Below, piece after piece: positions 17,969 to 27,290 of a stretch of 64,000 nucleotides of DNA; within the stretch, counting starts at the first letter, position 1, and the number at the start of each line of letters is the position of its first letter. The stretch lies in assembly GCA_038062675.1 (NCBI GenBank), contig JBBTWP010000003.1:129378-193377 (forward strand), written 5' to 3'. The translations under genes and the position numbers were made by a program. A model generated the notes under the pieces. The model had not been told where the DNA came from and did no database searches. It saw nothing but the letters and a program-made list of their open reading frames with translations. Source of the stretch: Patescibacteria group bacterium. GTDB lineage: Bacteria; Patescibacteriota; Minisyncoccia; Phycocordibacterales; UBA1550.

Positions 17969-20515
17969 TTACTGAATTTTTAGCTTTGTACTCACTGTTG
18001 ATTTGTTGAACACGGAGTCGTAAGCAATAATCGTAATTTCATTTTCAGGATTGGAGACGTCAATGTTTTCAGGGATAAAGGAGATGGTGAAGGGGGGTTG
18101 GGTACTTTTGTCCACAAATACTCCGTTTACATAAAGCTCTACGCGGCTTAATGGATAGGGGCCTGTGCTTCCTACGGTTATGCTGATGCGGTCGGCTTTG
18201 GTGTGAGGCACAGCAAGGTCTGAGCCAGAGAGTGAAATGATAGGGGAGGATTCGGGGGTATGAACGTTGTCGTACTCTGTGGGAATGCCACTACGGTCGC
18301 CCTCAGGGAATGATTGTTTTGCAAACCATGCACGGACAGGTTCTTCCCATAAAACAAACTGAGCGTCATTTTGGGGGTTTGTGGGAGGTGCTCCTCGAGG
18401 ATCGTCTTTCTTGATCCATTTCAAAATAGTGTGTACTTCGGGAACAACGCGAATAACTTTTGTTTGTACTGGAGTGTTTGGTGTTGCCAGCTTGCCTGAT
18501 ATGGTGTCAACAACATATTTTTCTCCACCCTGCCAAATACCTTGAAGGGAAGCAGGAAGTGCGGTTAAATCCTCATTTTCTAGTGGGATGAATTTTTCGG
18601 GTGAAGTTTTCCTTAAAATATCATCCATAACTGCGCGCCAGACGAGGGTGACGGTGAAGCCAGCGGAATTGCCTTTTTTTATGGGCGTGGCGTCGTTATT
18701 ACCTGCCCACATACCGAGGACAATTTTGGGGGTGTAGCCAATAGTCCACACATCTTTGTAATTGTTGGTGGTACCCGTTTTTACGGCAACGTCTTTGCCG
18801 CCGAAGTAGAGAGCGGAATTTGCACCAAAGGTTGGTGTACGTGCTTTGTTGTCGGAAAGAATACTCGTGATTTGACGTGCCACTTCTGTGGGGAGTACTT
18901 CTTCTCTTGATTCTTGAAATTCCTCAATAATTTTACCCGCCTTGTCTTCAATGCGCAGGATTGCGGTGGTTTTATTTTTGACGCCGTCGTTTGCAAAAAC
19001 GCCGTAAGCGCCCGTCATATCAAGAAGAGAAACTTCGCCACCACCCAAGACGAGCGAAAGCCCAAAACGAGATTCGTCATTCAGGCTGGTAATACCCATG
19101 CGACGAGCAGTGGCGATAGTGTCTTTGAGTCCGGCGAGATAGAGTGTTTTAACCGAGGTGATATTGCGGGATTGCGCAAGAGAACTGCGCATGGAAATAG
19201 GTCCACGGTAACCCCCTTCATAATTTTCCGGAGTGTAACAATCTTCTTTTTTGGTGGCAGGAGTGAGAGGAACGCCGTGCCAATCACAGTCGGTGCTAAA
19301 GTTTGTTGGCACATCAAATAAAACTGTCTCAGGTGTGTAGCCTTTTTTGAACGCCGTTGCATAGGCAAATGGTTTAAACGTAGACCCCGGTTGGCGATAA
19401 GCGAGGGCAACATTAAAGTTTCCATCGTTTGTTGTTTCAAAATAGTCGCGGGAGCCGATCATTGCCAATACTTGCCCGTTTTTTGGGTCCATTGCTACGA
19501 GCGCCATATTTTTTGCTCCAAATTTTGTTTCCATGTTTGCTGCATGGTCGGACACAATTTCCTCTGCTTTTTTTTGAAGTTCGTAATCAAGCGTGGTGAT
19601 GACGCGGTACCCGTTTTCGTCAAGCGCCTGTTCACCATATTTTTCTGCCAGATATTCTTTAATCCACACTACAAAATGAGGTGCTTTTATGCCGCGCGGT
19701 TCTCGGGGAAGAAATTCAACTTTTTCTTTTTGGGCGGAAACGTAGGTGACTTCGTCAATAAAGCCAAGTTCACGCATTCGTTTAAGCACAAAATCTTTGC
19801 GAGCATCAAGATTTTTTCGATTGTTGCCGTAGGGGGAATAAAATGTGGGGGCCTTGGGAAGTGCGGCAATATATGCAGCTTGCGCAAGGGTGACATCGCG
19901 CGGTTCTTTGCCAAAAAAGACGCGACTTGCCTCCGCAACGCCATAAATGTTACCCCCATAGGGGATTTCATTGAGGTAGAGCTCGAGAATTTCTTCTTTG
20001 GTGAATGCCTGTTCGAGCTTGAACGAAAGAAGCAACTCTTTGAATTTACGAGTGAGGTTTTTGTCGGAAGTAAGCAGGGTATTTTTCACCACCTGCTGGG
20101 TGATAGTTGAGCCTCCTTGACTAAAGCCACCCTCGGAAATGTTTGCAATAATAGCGCGAAGAATGGATTTTGGCTCAACGCCATAATGGTGGTAGAAGTT
20201 TGCATCTTCGACGGCAATCGTAGCATTTTTGAGTTCGGGTGCAATAGCCTCAAAAGGGACCATGGTGCGCTTGATACCCTCATGTACATCATAAAGGAGT
20301 ATTTTCCCGGTGCGGTCGTAGATTTTTGTTGATTCTACGATTTTTCGGTCATTAAAATTTTCAAAATCAGGAAGCTGAACAAAAGAGACCATTAAAAGGA
20401 AAACACCCCCCATAGCAAAGAATGCGCTCCCTGAAAGAAAAAGCAACGATTTAAAGTGCTTACGAAACAAAAACCGTTTCGTTTTGCTGCGTTTTTTGGG
20501 GGTGGCGTGCACCAT
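17969..20515 (-). CDS. Class A penicillin-binding protein (transglycosylase plus transpeptidase) with a C-terminal extra beta domain.
   Basis: The GT51 motifs are present. The transpeptidase motifs SGSTFKP and KTGT are present. Confidence 0.9.
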   Translation of the reverse strand: MVHATPKKRSKTKRFLFRKHFKSLLFLSGSAFFAMGGVFLLMVSFVQLPDFENFNDRKIVESTKIYDRTGKILLYDVHEGIKRTMVPFEAIAPELKNATIAVEDANFYHHYGVEPKSILRAIIANISEGGFSQGGSTITQQVVKNTLLTSDKNLTRKFKELLLSFKLEQAFTKEEILELYLNEIPYGGNIYGVAEASRVFFGKEPRDVTLAQAAYIAALPKAPTFYSPYGNNRKNLDARKDFVLKRMRELGFIDEVTYVSAQKEKVEFLPREPRGIKAPHFVVWIKEYLAEKYGEQALDENGYRVITTLDYELQKKAEEIVSDHAANMETKFGAKNMALVAMDPKNGQVLAMIGSRDYFETTNDGNFNVALAYRQPGSTFKPFAYATAFKKGYTPETVLFDVPTNFSTDCDWHGVPLTPATKKEDCYTPENYEGGYRGPISMRSSLAQSRNITSVKTLYLAGLKDTIATARRMGITSLNDESRFGLSLVLGGGEVSLLDMTGAYGVFANDGVKNKTTAILRIEDKAGKIIEEFQESREEVLPTEVARQITSILSDNKARTPTFGANSALYFGGKDVAVKTGTTNNYKDVWTIGYTPKIVLGMWAGNNDATPIKKGNSAGFTVTLVWRAVMDDILRKTSPEKFIPLENEDLTALPASLQGIWQGGEKYVVDTISGKLATPNTPVQTKVIRVVPEVHTILKWIKKDDPRGAPPTNPQNDAQFVLWEEPVRAWFAKQSFPEGDRSGIPTEYDNVHTPESSPIISLSGSDLAVPHTKADRISITVGSTGPYPLSRVELYVNGVFVDKSTQPPFTISFIPENIDVSNPENEITIIAYDSVFNKSTVSTKLKIQ

Positions 20516-20829
20516 AGATGTGTACCATTATACCACGAGAGCGGGGTAGGGTGTATTGTTTTTTGTCCGTTTAATTACACGCTGTTTTTTTCGAGTTCTT
20601 CCTGAATTCGTTCTTCGAGATTTTTTGGGTCATCGCGATACCGGTCTTCTACAATTGTCGCGCCGTGATGAGCTTCTCGATATGCTTTTCCTGTGCCCAT
20701 AAGGAAGCGCTCGTGGAGTTCGTGCAAGATGATGAATTTACGTTCTTGTTTCGTAAGTTTACCACAGCGCGGTGTTGATGCCGAAGGCTCTATGTAAAAA
20801 GGTCAATAATGTGATACCATAAATATATT

Positions 20830-22026
20830 ATGGTTAATGACGAGAGAATACAGGAGCTTCTGACGCGCGGTGTTGCAGAAGTTATTTATGATGATGCCCT
20901 TCGCACAAAGCTCACTACAGGAAAGCCGCTTCGCATAAAATTTGGCGTAGATCCTACCAGTCCCAATATCCACTTGGGTCGCGCAACCGCACTCTTGAAA
21001 CTTCGCGATTTTCAAAACTTAGGACATCAAATTGTCTTCATTATCGGCGATTTTACGGGGGTTATTGGTGACACTTCCGACAAAGAAAGTGAGCGTCCGA
21101 TGCTTTCCCGTGAGACGGTGGAGCAAAACCTTACCACCTATTTCGAGCAGGCGGGAAAGATTCTTGATATGAGCAAAGTGGAAGAGCATCGCAATACTGA
21201 ATGGCTTGAAAAACTCCAATATCGTGAGATTTGCGACCATGCGGACACATTCTCACTCTCTGATTTTATAGCCCGCGACAATATTAAGAGAAGGCTCGAT
21301 GCAGGCAAGCGCATCTCACTTCGCGAGCTCCTCTACCCACTCATGCAAGGGTACGACAGTGTGGCGGTGCGTGCGGATGTAGAAATTGGTGGTACTGACC
21401 AGAAATTTAATATGCTTGCAGGGCGAAAACTACAAGAGCGCGCCGGTATGGTCCCGCAAAATATCATCACTCTCGAGATTCTCGAAGGTTTGGATGGGCG
21501 CAAAATGAGTTCCAGTTGGGGGAATACTATCAACCTTAACGATACGCCAGCTGACATGTTTGGCAAAGTGATGAGCCTGCAAGACCAGCTCATGATGGAC
21601 TATTTTAAGTTTGCGACTAGAATACCGATAGTACGCGTGGAGGAGATTCAAGCCGAACTCAATGCTGGCGCAAACCCCCGCGATATTAAAATGTTGTTGG
21701 GTGAAGAGATTGTAAAAATGTTTTACGGAGAAGACCGAGCAAAGCACGCACGAGCGCAGTTTGTCGCAACATTTCAAGATCGCGCACTTCCGGATGACAT
21801 CGAAGAGGTGACCGCCAAGGAGGGGGAGTCATTTGCGGATATTCTCGTGCGAAGCAAAACTGTTGCCTCAAAAACTGAATGGCGTCGATTGGTGGGCGAG
21901 GGAGCGGTGAAAGAGTTGGATGATGAGGGTGCAGAGACAAAAATAGAAGACCCTGCAATCCTTTTTTCAGCAGACATTACACTCAAAGTGGGCAAGCGAC
22001 GCTTCATAAAGATAAAAAAGGATTAA
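20830..22026 (+). CDS. tyrS: Tyrosyl-tRNA synthetase.
   Basis: HIGH-region NIHLG. The GDFTGVIGD and KMSSS motifs are present. A C-terminal S4-like region is present. Confidence 0.9.
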   Translation: MVNDERIQELLTRGVAEVIYDDALRTKLTTGKPLRIKFGVDPTSPNIHLGRATALLKLRDFQNLGHQIVFIIGDFTGVIGDTSDKESERPMLSRETVEQNLTTYFEQAGKILDMSKVEEHRNTEWLEKLQYREICDHADTFSLSDFIARDNIKRRLDAGKRISLRELLYPLMQGYDSVAVRADVEIGGTDQKFNMLAGRKLQERAGMVPQNIITLEILEGLDGRKMSSSWGNTINLNDTPADMFGKVMSLQDQLMMDYFKFATRIPIVRVEEIQAELNAGANPRDIKMLLGEEIVKMFYGEDRAKHARAQFVATFQDRALPDDIEEVTAKEGESFADILVRSKTVASKTEWRRLVGEGAVKELDDEGAETKIEDPAILFSADITLKVGKRRFIKIKKD

Positions 22027-22033
22027 TGTGCAA

Positions 22034-22065
22034 AAAAAGGCCGGAACATTGTTCCGGCCTTTTTG
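22034..22065. terminator. Bidirectional terminator.
   Basis: aaaaaggccggaac-att-gttccggccttttt. Confidence 0.75.
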
Positions 22066-22080
22066 ATATAAACCCCTCTA

Positions 22081-22215
22081 CTCATCAAGGGTACTTAGCC
22101 TGAATCCAAGGAGCTGTTCGTCGTCCGCAGGGTCGGTGACGAGCTCGTCGTCAAGCTCAAGGTCGGTGTCGGCGAGCTCTACTTCACTTGGCTCTGCAAT
22201 TTCGTCTTCACTCAT
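22081..22215 (-). CDS. Possible 44-aa highly acidic small protein downstream of ruvC.
   Basis: ORF MSEDEIAEPSEVELADTDLELDDELVTDPADDEQLLGFRLSTLDE. TATAAT 16 nt upstream. Ends at the bidirectional terminator. Confidence 0.3.
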
Positions 22216-22315
22216 GAATATTTTAAAATTATACATCTTAACAGCGCCTATTCGCTGAAGATTGCTATAGTTGTAGCAAAAAGTTTTTCATTCTGCAACA
22301 CTTTTTTCACAAAAC

Positions 22316-22324
22316 TGTGGATAA
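22316..22324 (-). promoter_or_regulatory. Consensus DnaA box (tgtggataa) between ruvC and the small acidic ORF.
   Basis: Exact reverse complement of ttatccaca. Confidence 0.35.
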
Positions 22325-22387
22325 GCTGTAGAGAAGATGAGGACAGAAAAACAAAGCTTGGTATATAAGGGTTATTTTAGAGTGTAC

Positions 22388-22858
22388 CTAGTGCCTTACA
22401 TACGCAAAATGAGTGAGTCCAATGGCAATAGCGTCCATTTCGTCGTCTTGGAACTTCTTTTCTGCACCAGTTATGAGTCTTCGCACCATACTCATAACCT
22501 GTTCCTTGGTCGCTTTGCCGTAGCCGGTGGTCGCGACTTTGATTTGAAGTGGTGTGTATTCAGCAATGGCGAGCCCTGAAAGGCGCGCTTGGTAGAGTAT
22601 TGCCCCGCGTACCTCCGCGACACGCATCGCCGTCTTTTGGTTATTGTCCATGAAGAGATTTTCGATGGCAAGCTCTTTGGGTTCATATTCGGCAATCACG
22701 CGTGCCACCTCGCGCCCCACGAGCTCGAGCCGTTCCACAAAGGGAAGTGTTTTTGATGTCTTAAAACATGTCGAAAACACCAACTCCTCTTTTTTGTATT
22801 TCTCCAAAACGGCAATCCCCAGCCGTTCATACCCCGGATCGATGGCAATGATGCGCAT
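22388..22858 (-). CDS. ruvC: Holliday junction resolvase RuvC.
   Basis: MRIIAIDPGYERLGIAVLE... RNase H-like fold motifs. Confidence 0.9.
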   Translation of the reverse strand: MRIIAIDPGYERLGIAVLEKYKKEELVFSTCFKTSKTLPFVERLELVGREVARVIAEYEPKELAIENLFMDNNQKTAMRVAEVRGAILYQARLSGLAIAEYTPLQIKVATTGYGKATKEQVMSMVRRLITGAEKKFQDDEMDAIAIGLTHFAYVRH

Positions 22859-22908
22859 AAAGACATAATAACACAGAGGTGCTGGGCGCTAGGGGTGAAT
22901 TCAATCAA

Positions 22909-23643
22909 TTACAGATTCCCATAGATTTCATCTGGCCTTCTTTTTGTCGCGGTCATTTTGAGGGTTTCGTGCAGGGCGTTGAATGTGGAAATAAATGCTA
23001 GTTCTTTGCTAATAGAGGCCTTTTTTGTTGCATGGTCAATGGTTACCAACATTTTTCCATCTGATATTATTTCAAGGGAAGTAATGAAGGAATTATTCGG
23101 GATACTGTGAAGGATTGTCGGTCTACCGAAGTGCGAGCCCAGTATTTTTTTTGGCAGGCTTTTTATTGTTCCAATCGCGTCATCCGTTATGATTGCGTCG
23201 ATGATAACTTGGCGCAGTTTTTGTCGGGTATGAGCTTGCCCAAAACTTTGTCCCTTGCCTATCATGTCGAGGATGGATTCAATCGCCTCCTTCCCTTGAA
23301 TGCCGATGATAGTATGGCTTCCACTTGCGTGCAAAGCCTGGTATGCATCAAGAATCGAAACAGAGTGATGAATCCTTTCTTGAAGAGAGCCGGTTGTTTC
23401 AAGGAGGGAAAGTGCCCATGTGTGAGATTTTGATGTGTTGTTGAGAATAACCAACCCGCGTTTTTTTAGTTTTTTGAGATTATAGAGGGCGGTGAGACGG
23501 TTAATGTCGAGCGCTTCGCAAAGATTTTTCAGAGCGATAGGCTTCTTTGATTGTTTGAGTGTTCGTAAGATAACCCCTTCCGTCTTATTCGGGAGGGCAA
23601 TTTTAGTAACCATTGCGGGTGATATGTTAAAATTTTTTGACAT
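22909..23643 (-). CDS. Winged-helix transcriptional regulator with an uncharacterised C-terminal domain. Co-oriented with ruvC.
   Basis: N-terminal wHTH (ILRTLKQSKKPIALKNLCEALDINRLTALYNLKKLKKRGLV). It is not YebC-like. Confidence 0.45.
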   Translation of the reverse strand: MSKNFNISPAMVTKIALPNKTEGVILRTLKQSKKPIALKNLCEALDINRLTALYNLKKLKKRGLVILNNTSKSHTWALSLLETTGSLQERIHHSVSILDAYQALHASGSHTIIGIQGKEAIESILDMIGKGQSFGQAHTRQKLRQVIIDAIITDDAIGTIKSLPKKILGSHFGRPTILHSIPNNSFITSLEIISDGKMLVTIDHATKKASISKELAFISTFNALHETLKMTATKRRPDEIYGNL

Positions 23644-23771
23644 GTATACGTAATATAGTATATATATTGCAAGGTTTTGTCAACCTACTGGAATTCTTTG
23701 AAAAATAGAACGCAGCTTGTATATGCTAGTAACTAGAGGTACCAAAGTCTTTCTTTTTAACAACATGAGGA

Positions 23772-23996
23772 TTGAACATGAAACTACTCGACATCACCCC
23801 TGCGAAATTTTCATGCGTACTCGGGATGTGCCCAGGAGTGTACGCATCTGATAACAGTTATGTTGTGGTTGGAAAACAAATTGACGCCAGCCGTCATTTG
23901 CCCGGTCGAGTTGCGCCACACGAACAGGCTGTGGAGATACCAAAGGAATTGCTTGAACAAGCGGTAGTTGATTATTTAAAAACAAGGCATAAGTGA
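23772..23996 (+). CDS. Small hypothetical protein (74 aa).
   Basis: RBS AGGA 7 nt upstream. Followed by a strong terminator at 24029-24060. Confidence 0.35.
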   Translation: MNMKLLDITPAKFSCVLGMCPGVYASDNSYVVVGKQIDASRHLPGRVAPHEQAVEIPKELLEQAVVDYLKTRHK

Positions 23997-24028
23997 TATT
24001 TGCGCTTAATGCACTGGACTGAGTTTTT

Positions 24029-24060
24029 GCCCCCGCACATTCGTGCGGGGTTTTGTTTTT
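24029..24060 (+). terminator. Intrinsic terminator.
   Basis: ccccgcac-attc-gtgcgggg followed by a T-run. Confidence 0.7.
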
Positions 24061-24123
24061 GAGTAGTTGCGTGGATGCAAAAACAGATTGTGCCTCTGTT
24101 AAATAGTTAAAGCAATTTTTGCT

Positions 24124-24215
24124 GTCGATCCTCGGGATATCCAAACCCAAATGCTCATACGCGCGCGCCGTGGCGATACGGCCACGCGGGGTGCGCTTTT
24201 TAGCGCCGTAGGGGG
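24124..24215 (-). pseudogene. Diverged duplicate of the ruvB 3' end (would encode ...RVYEHLGLDIPRIDS). Scar of an old insertion behind ruvB.
   Basis: DNA and encoded-peptide similarity to the true ruvB C-terminus at 26257-26340 (…[15 protein letters not shown]). Confidence 0.5.
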
Positions 24216-24318
24216 TTTAGTCGTAACTTAATACCAGCATTTTGGCTACAATATACTTTGTACGAATTCTTGACATGACATGTTTGCATTTCGTACATAT
24301 ATTATGTATACTTGAAGC

Positions 24319-24993
24319 ATGAGTATTAAGTACGCACCATTTATAAAAAGTCTTCGCACAAAAAAAGGGCTTTCACAGCTTGCGTTGGCGCAAAAGATAG
24401 GCATATCTCGCCCATTGTACATTGCAGTCGAGCAAGGGAAGCGAGAGCTTACACTGGGCGAATTTGATAAACTTTCGGGCGTGCTTGGAGTGTCGCTTGA
24501 GGAGCTTGAAGGTGGCGAGGTGCCCGATTACGAAAAGTACAAGCAAATGATTTTCATGTTTCTTCGTTTGAATAAAGAAATTACGAAAACAAAGCTGGCT
24601 AAACTCCTCTATTTTGCGGATTTTGGTTGGTTTTACTCTCATCTCAAAAGTATGAGTGGAATGCAGTATCGGAGAATTACTTATGGTCCTGTTGCGGATA
24701 CATATTTTCGACTTATCGACGAGATGTCCGAGGCGGGGGAGATATCTATCAAGCAAACAGAGGAGGGGGCTATGCTCATTTCCCAAACTCGAAGCGGATC
24801 AAAAGCGAACCTCTTGGGTGTAAGCATTGAAGAAAAGAAGCTTATAGAAAAGATTGATAAAAAATGGAAAGGCAAAAAAACAGCAGACATTGTAAAATTT
24901 ACCCACAATCAGTTTCCCTATCTTTACGCCCAAGATAATGAAATTGTGTCATACGGACTTTTTACTCAAGAAAATCCAGATGAAATCTACTAA
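24319..24993 (+). CDS. HTH-XRE domain fused to a Panacea (DUF4065, SocA/PanA-type) antitoxin domain.
   Basis: N-terminal KKGLSQLALAQKIGISRPLYIAVEQGKRELTL. C-terminal KLAKLLYFADFGWFYSHLKSMSGMQYRRITYGPVADTYF, as in Panacea-domain antitoxins. An imperfect palindrome tacata-tat-tatgta overlaps the -10 upstream. Confidence 0.7.
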   Translation: MSIKYAPFIKSLRTKKGLSQLALAQKIGISRPLYIAVEQGKRELTLGEFDKLSGVLGVSLEELEGGEVPDYEKYKQMIFMFLRLNKEITKTKLAKLLYFADFGWFYSHLKSMSGMQYRRITYGPVADTYFRLIDEMSEAGEISIKQTEEGAMLISQTRSGSKANLLGVSIEEKKLIEKIDKKWKGKKTADIVKFTHNQFPYLYAQDNEIVSYGLFTQENPDEIY

Positions 24994-25375
24994 CTACGAA
25001 GTAATATTCGAATCTTTTACAGAGAGGCACTTCATAAAATCCTTTGCTAAAAAATATAGAGGATCTTGGGACTTTACTTTTAAATATTTGTATCAAGAAT
25101 TCGAGCAGATAGAGCTATTGTTTTTGAAAAATACTGCTGAGACTATTTCAGATTCTGAAGATGTAAAAATTTGCAAAACTGAGTTTAAGATTGCGGGAAC
25201 ACAAGACTCAAGACATGGTTCAGGAAATAGATGTATTGTTGCAATTCATAAAAATATAAATAAAGTTCGTGTTTTACTCGTCTATCACAAAAACGATCTT
25301 GGCGGTGGCAATGAAACAGCAAACTGGAAAAGGGTCATAAAAGAAAATTACCCAGAGTACTTAAGCCTTTTATAA
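24980..25375 (+). CDS. RelE/ParE-superfamily-like toxin. 14-nt overlap with the antitoxin gene.
   Basis: C-terminal CIVAIHKNINKVRVLLVYHKND resembles the RelE beta-strand core. Coupled to the Panacea gene. Confidence 0.5.
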   Translation: MKSTNYEVIFESFTERHFIKSFAKKYRGSWDFTFKYLYQEFEQIELLFLKNTAETISDSEDVKICKTEFKIAGTQDSRHGSGNRCIVAIHKNINKVRVLLVYHKNDLGGGNETANWKRVIKENYPEYLSLL

Positions 25376-25384
25376 CAAACTCTT

Positions 25385-25440
25385 CTGCCGGTCCTCTAGA
25401 TAGTCAAATCCCAAGTGCTCATAGGCGCGCTTAAAGAGGC
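25385..25440 (-). repeat. Second duplicate of the ruvB 3' end (atagtcaaatcccaagtgctcataggcgcg).
   Basis: About 90% identical over roughly 35 nt to 26284-26318. Confidence 0.6.
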
Positions 25441-25479
25441 CGCACAATATGATTTTTTTTCGCATGGTATAATACGCAT

Positions 25480-26262
25480 ATGAATATCCAAATAAACAAA
25501 AAATTTTTTATTTTCGTTGTAATTTTAACCATCTTTTCTTTAATCGGGTTAACAATAGATAATTGGGTTTCGCAAAGCACCCCAGAACTCTTCATTGCCG
25601 GGGTGTCTGTCGCAGTTCTCTTTTTTCCAGCAATCCTCGCCATCCTAGTGTCATTTTTGTTGGGAACACTAGTAAAGGTAATCATAGTACTCAAAGATTT
25701 TATTACGAAGAAAGAACCAATTCAGCTTAAAAATATTTTCCCCCGCACCGTTTCTTTACCACTAGTTGTGCTCTTTGCGTTATTTTTTTACTGGTCACTA
25801 CTTTGTAATTCACTAAACACAGCTCGAGAAAAACCTCTTGCAAGCGCCATAATATCAATTCTGACAAGCGAGCGAGGAATGGCAGAGCTTTACTACGAGC
25901 AAAATAATGGTTCGTATGGGGGACAAAAGCCAGCTTCGCATGAAACATGTTCTGCTGAGAGCACAATGTTTGTAGATAAGAATAGCGGACTCAGGAACAT
26001 AGAAAGCAACCGTGCTTATATAAAAGATTCGATGGTTTGTGCCGTTGGGGGCAAGGGGCAGACATGGGCAGTTAGTGTTAAATTTAGAACAGACCTCGTA
26101 CAAAACAGCTGCATTCCTTTTTCTAAAGGAATAAAAGATTTTTTTATTACGCCAAAGGAATCTTTGTGGTGTGTAGACAGTAGTGGGAAAGCCGGTCCAT
26201 CCTTAGATGTTGAGACTCACAACGATGGTTCTGTGGGTTGTGCTACCCCGCCAGTGCTATAA
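25480..26262 (+). CDS. Membrane protein (about 4 TM) with a C-terminal type IV pilin-like domain. Paralogue of the C-terminal part of 6956..8266. Leaderless-type promoter TGGTATAAT-N6-ATG.
   Basis: [14 protein letters not shown]...C...C pilin-head pattern. Extended -10 at 25465-25473. Confidence 0.5.
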   Translation: MNIQINKKFFIFVVILTIFSLIGLTIDNWVSQSTPELFIAGVSVAVLFFPAILAILVSFLLGTLVKVIIVLKDFITKKEPIQLKNIFPRTVSLPLVVLFALFFYWSLLCNSLNTAREKPLASAIISILTSERGMAELYYEQNNGSYGGQKPASHETCSAESTMFVDKNSGLRNIESNRAYIKDSMVCAVGGKGQTWAVSVKFRTDLVQNSCIPFSKGIKDFFITPKESLWCVDSSGKAGPSLDVETHNDGSVGCATPPVL

Positions 26263-27276
26263 AAGTCTCCCTTGCTTATCCTCCGGATAGTCAAATCCCA
26301 AGTGCTCGTAGGCGCGGGGTGTGGCGACGCGGCCGCGTGGGGTGCGCTCGAGGAGGCCGAGCTGGAGGAGGTAGGGTTCGTTCACTTCTTCGATAGCAGC
26401 AGTTTCTTCGGAAAGTGCTGCTGCAATTGTGGTGAGGCCGACTGGGCCGCCGTTGAATTTATCAATAATCACTTCAAGTATTTTTCGGTCGAGGGCGGTG
26501 AGGCCAAGCTCGTCGATTTCAAGCAGGGCAAGGGCGTCCGCGACAAATTTTGCAGAGATGTCACCGCGTTCTACTTGGGCGAAATCACGCGCACGTTTTA
26601 AAAGATAGTTTGCGGTACGGGGCGTTGCACGACTGCGACGTGCGATTTCTTGCGCAGCCTCGGCGGGCAAGGGGATTCCCAAAATCTCTGCCGAGCGCGT
26701 TACAATTTTTTCAATTTCAGGTTGTGTATAAAATTCGAGACGGAATGTGCCGCCAGAGAAACGCGAGCGAAGTGGAGCAGAGAGCATGGCGACACGCGTC
26801 GTTGCGGCGATGAGGGTAAAGGGTGGAAGATCGAGCTGAATGGTGCGCGCCGACGGACCTTTGCCAATAATGATGTCGAGCACGCCGGACTCCATAGCAG
26901 GGTAGAGCACTTCCTCAATCATCTTATTTAAGCGGTGAATTTCGTCGATAAAGAGCACGTCGCCAGGAGCAAGGTTGGTGAGAACCGATGCCAAATCACC
27001 CACCTTTTCAATAGCAGGACCCGAGGTGCTCTTCACTTGACAGCCCATTTCATTTGCGATAAGATGCGCTAACGTTGTTTTACCAAGGCCAGGGGGTCCG
27101 TAAAACAGCACATGTTCGGGAGGGTGGGCGCGTTCCTTGGCAGCCTGAAGCAGTATTTTAAGGTTTTTCTTTATCGTTTCTTGACCAATATAGTCATCAA
27201 AACGCTTCGGCCGCAATGTTTGGTCGAGGAAAGAAAACTCTTGATTTAACTGCTTATTTTGTTGTTCGGGGTCCAT
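26257..27276 (-). CDS. ruvB: Holliday junction branch-migration helicase RuvB.
   Basis: [22 protein letters not shown] Walker A. Full-length AAA+ RuvB. Confidence 0.9.
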   Translation of the reverse strand: MDPEQQNKQLNQEFSFLDQTLRPKRFDDYIGQETIKKNLKILLQAAKERAHPPEHVLFYGPPGLGKTTLAHLIANEMGCQVKSTSGPAIEKVGDLASVLTNLAPGDVLFIDEIHRLNKMIEEVLYPAMESGVLDIIIGKGPSARTIQLDLPPFTLIAATTRVAMLSAPLRSRFSGGTFRLEFYTQPEIEKIVTRSAEILGIPLPAEAAQEIARRSRATPRTANYLLKRARDFAQVERGDISAKFVADALALLEIDELGLTALDRKILEVIIDKFNGGPVGLTTIAAALSEETAAIEEVNEPYLLQLGLLERTPRGRVATPRAYEHLGFDYPEDKQGRLL

Positions 27277-27290
27277 AAAAGGGATGAATG

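Noticed and set aside
20579-20770. Possible small minus-strand ORF (…KLTKQERKFIILHELHERFLMGTGKAYREAHHG…) in the PBP/tyrS divergent spacer.
   Set aside because: It has no ATG-initiated ORF of 60 aa or more and no clear RBS. It could be real, but the evidence is too thin to annotate.
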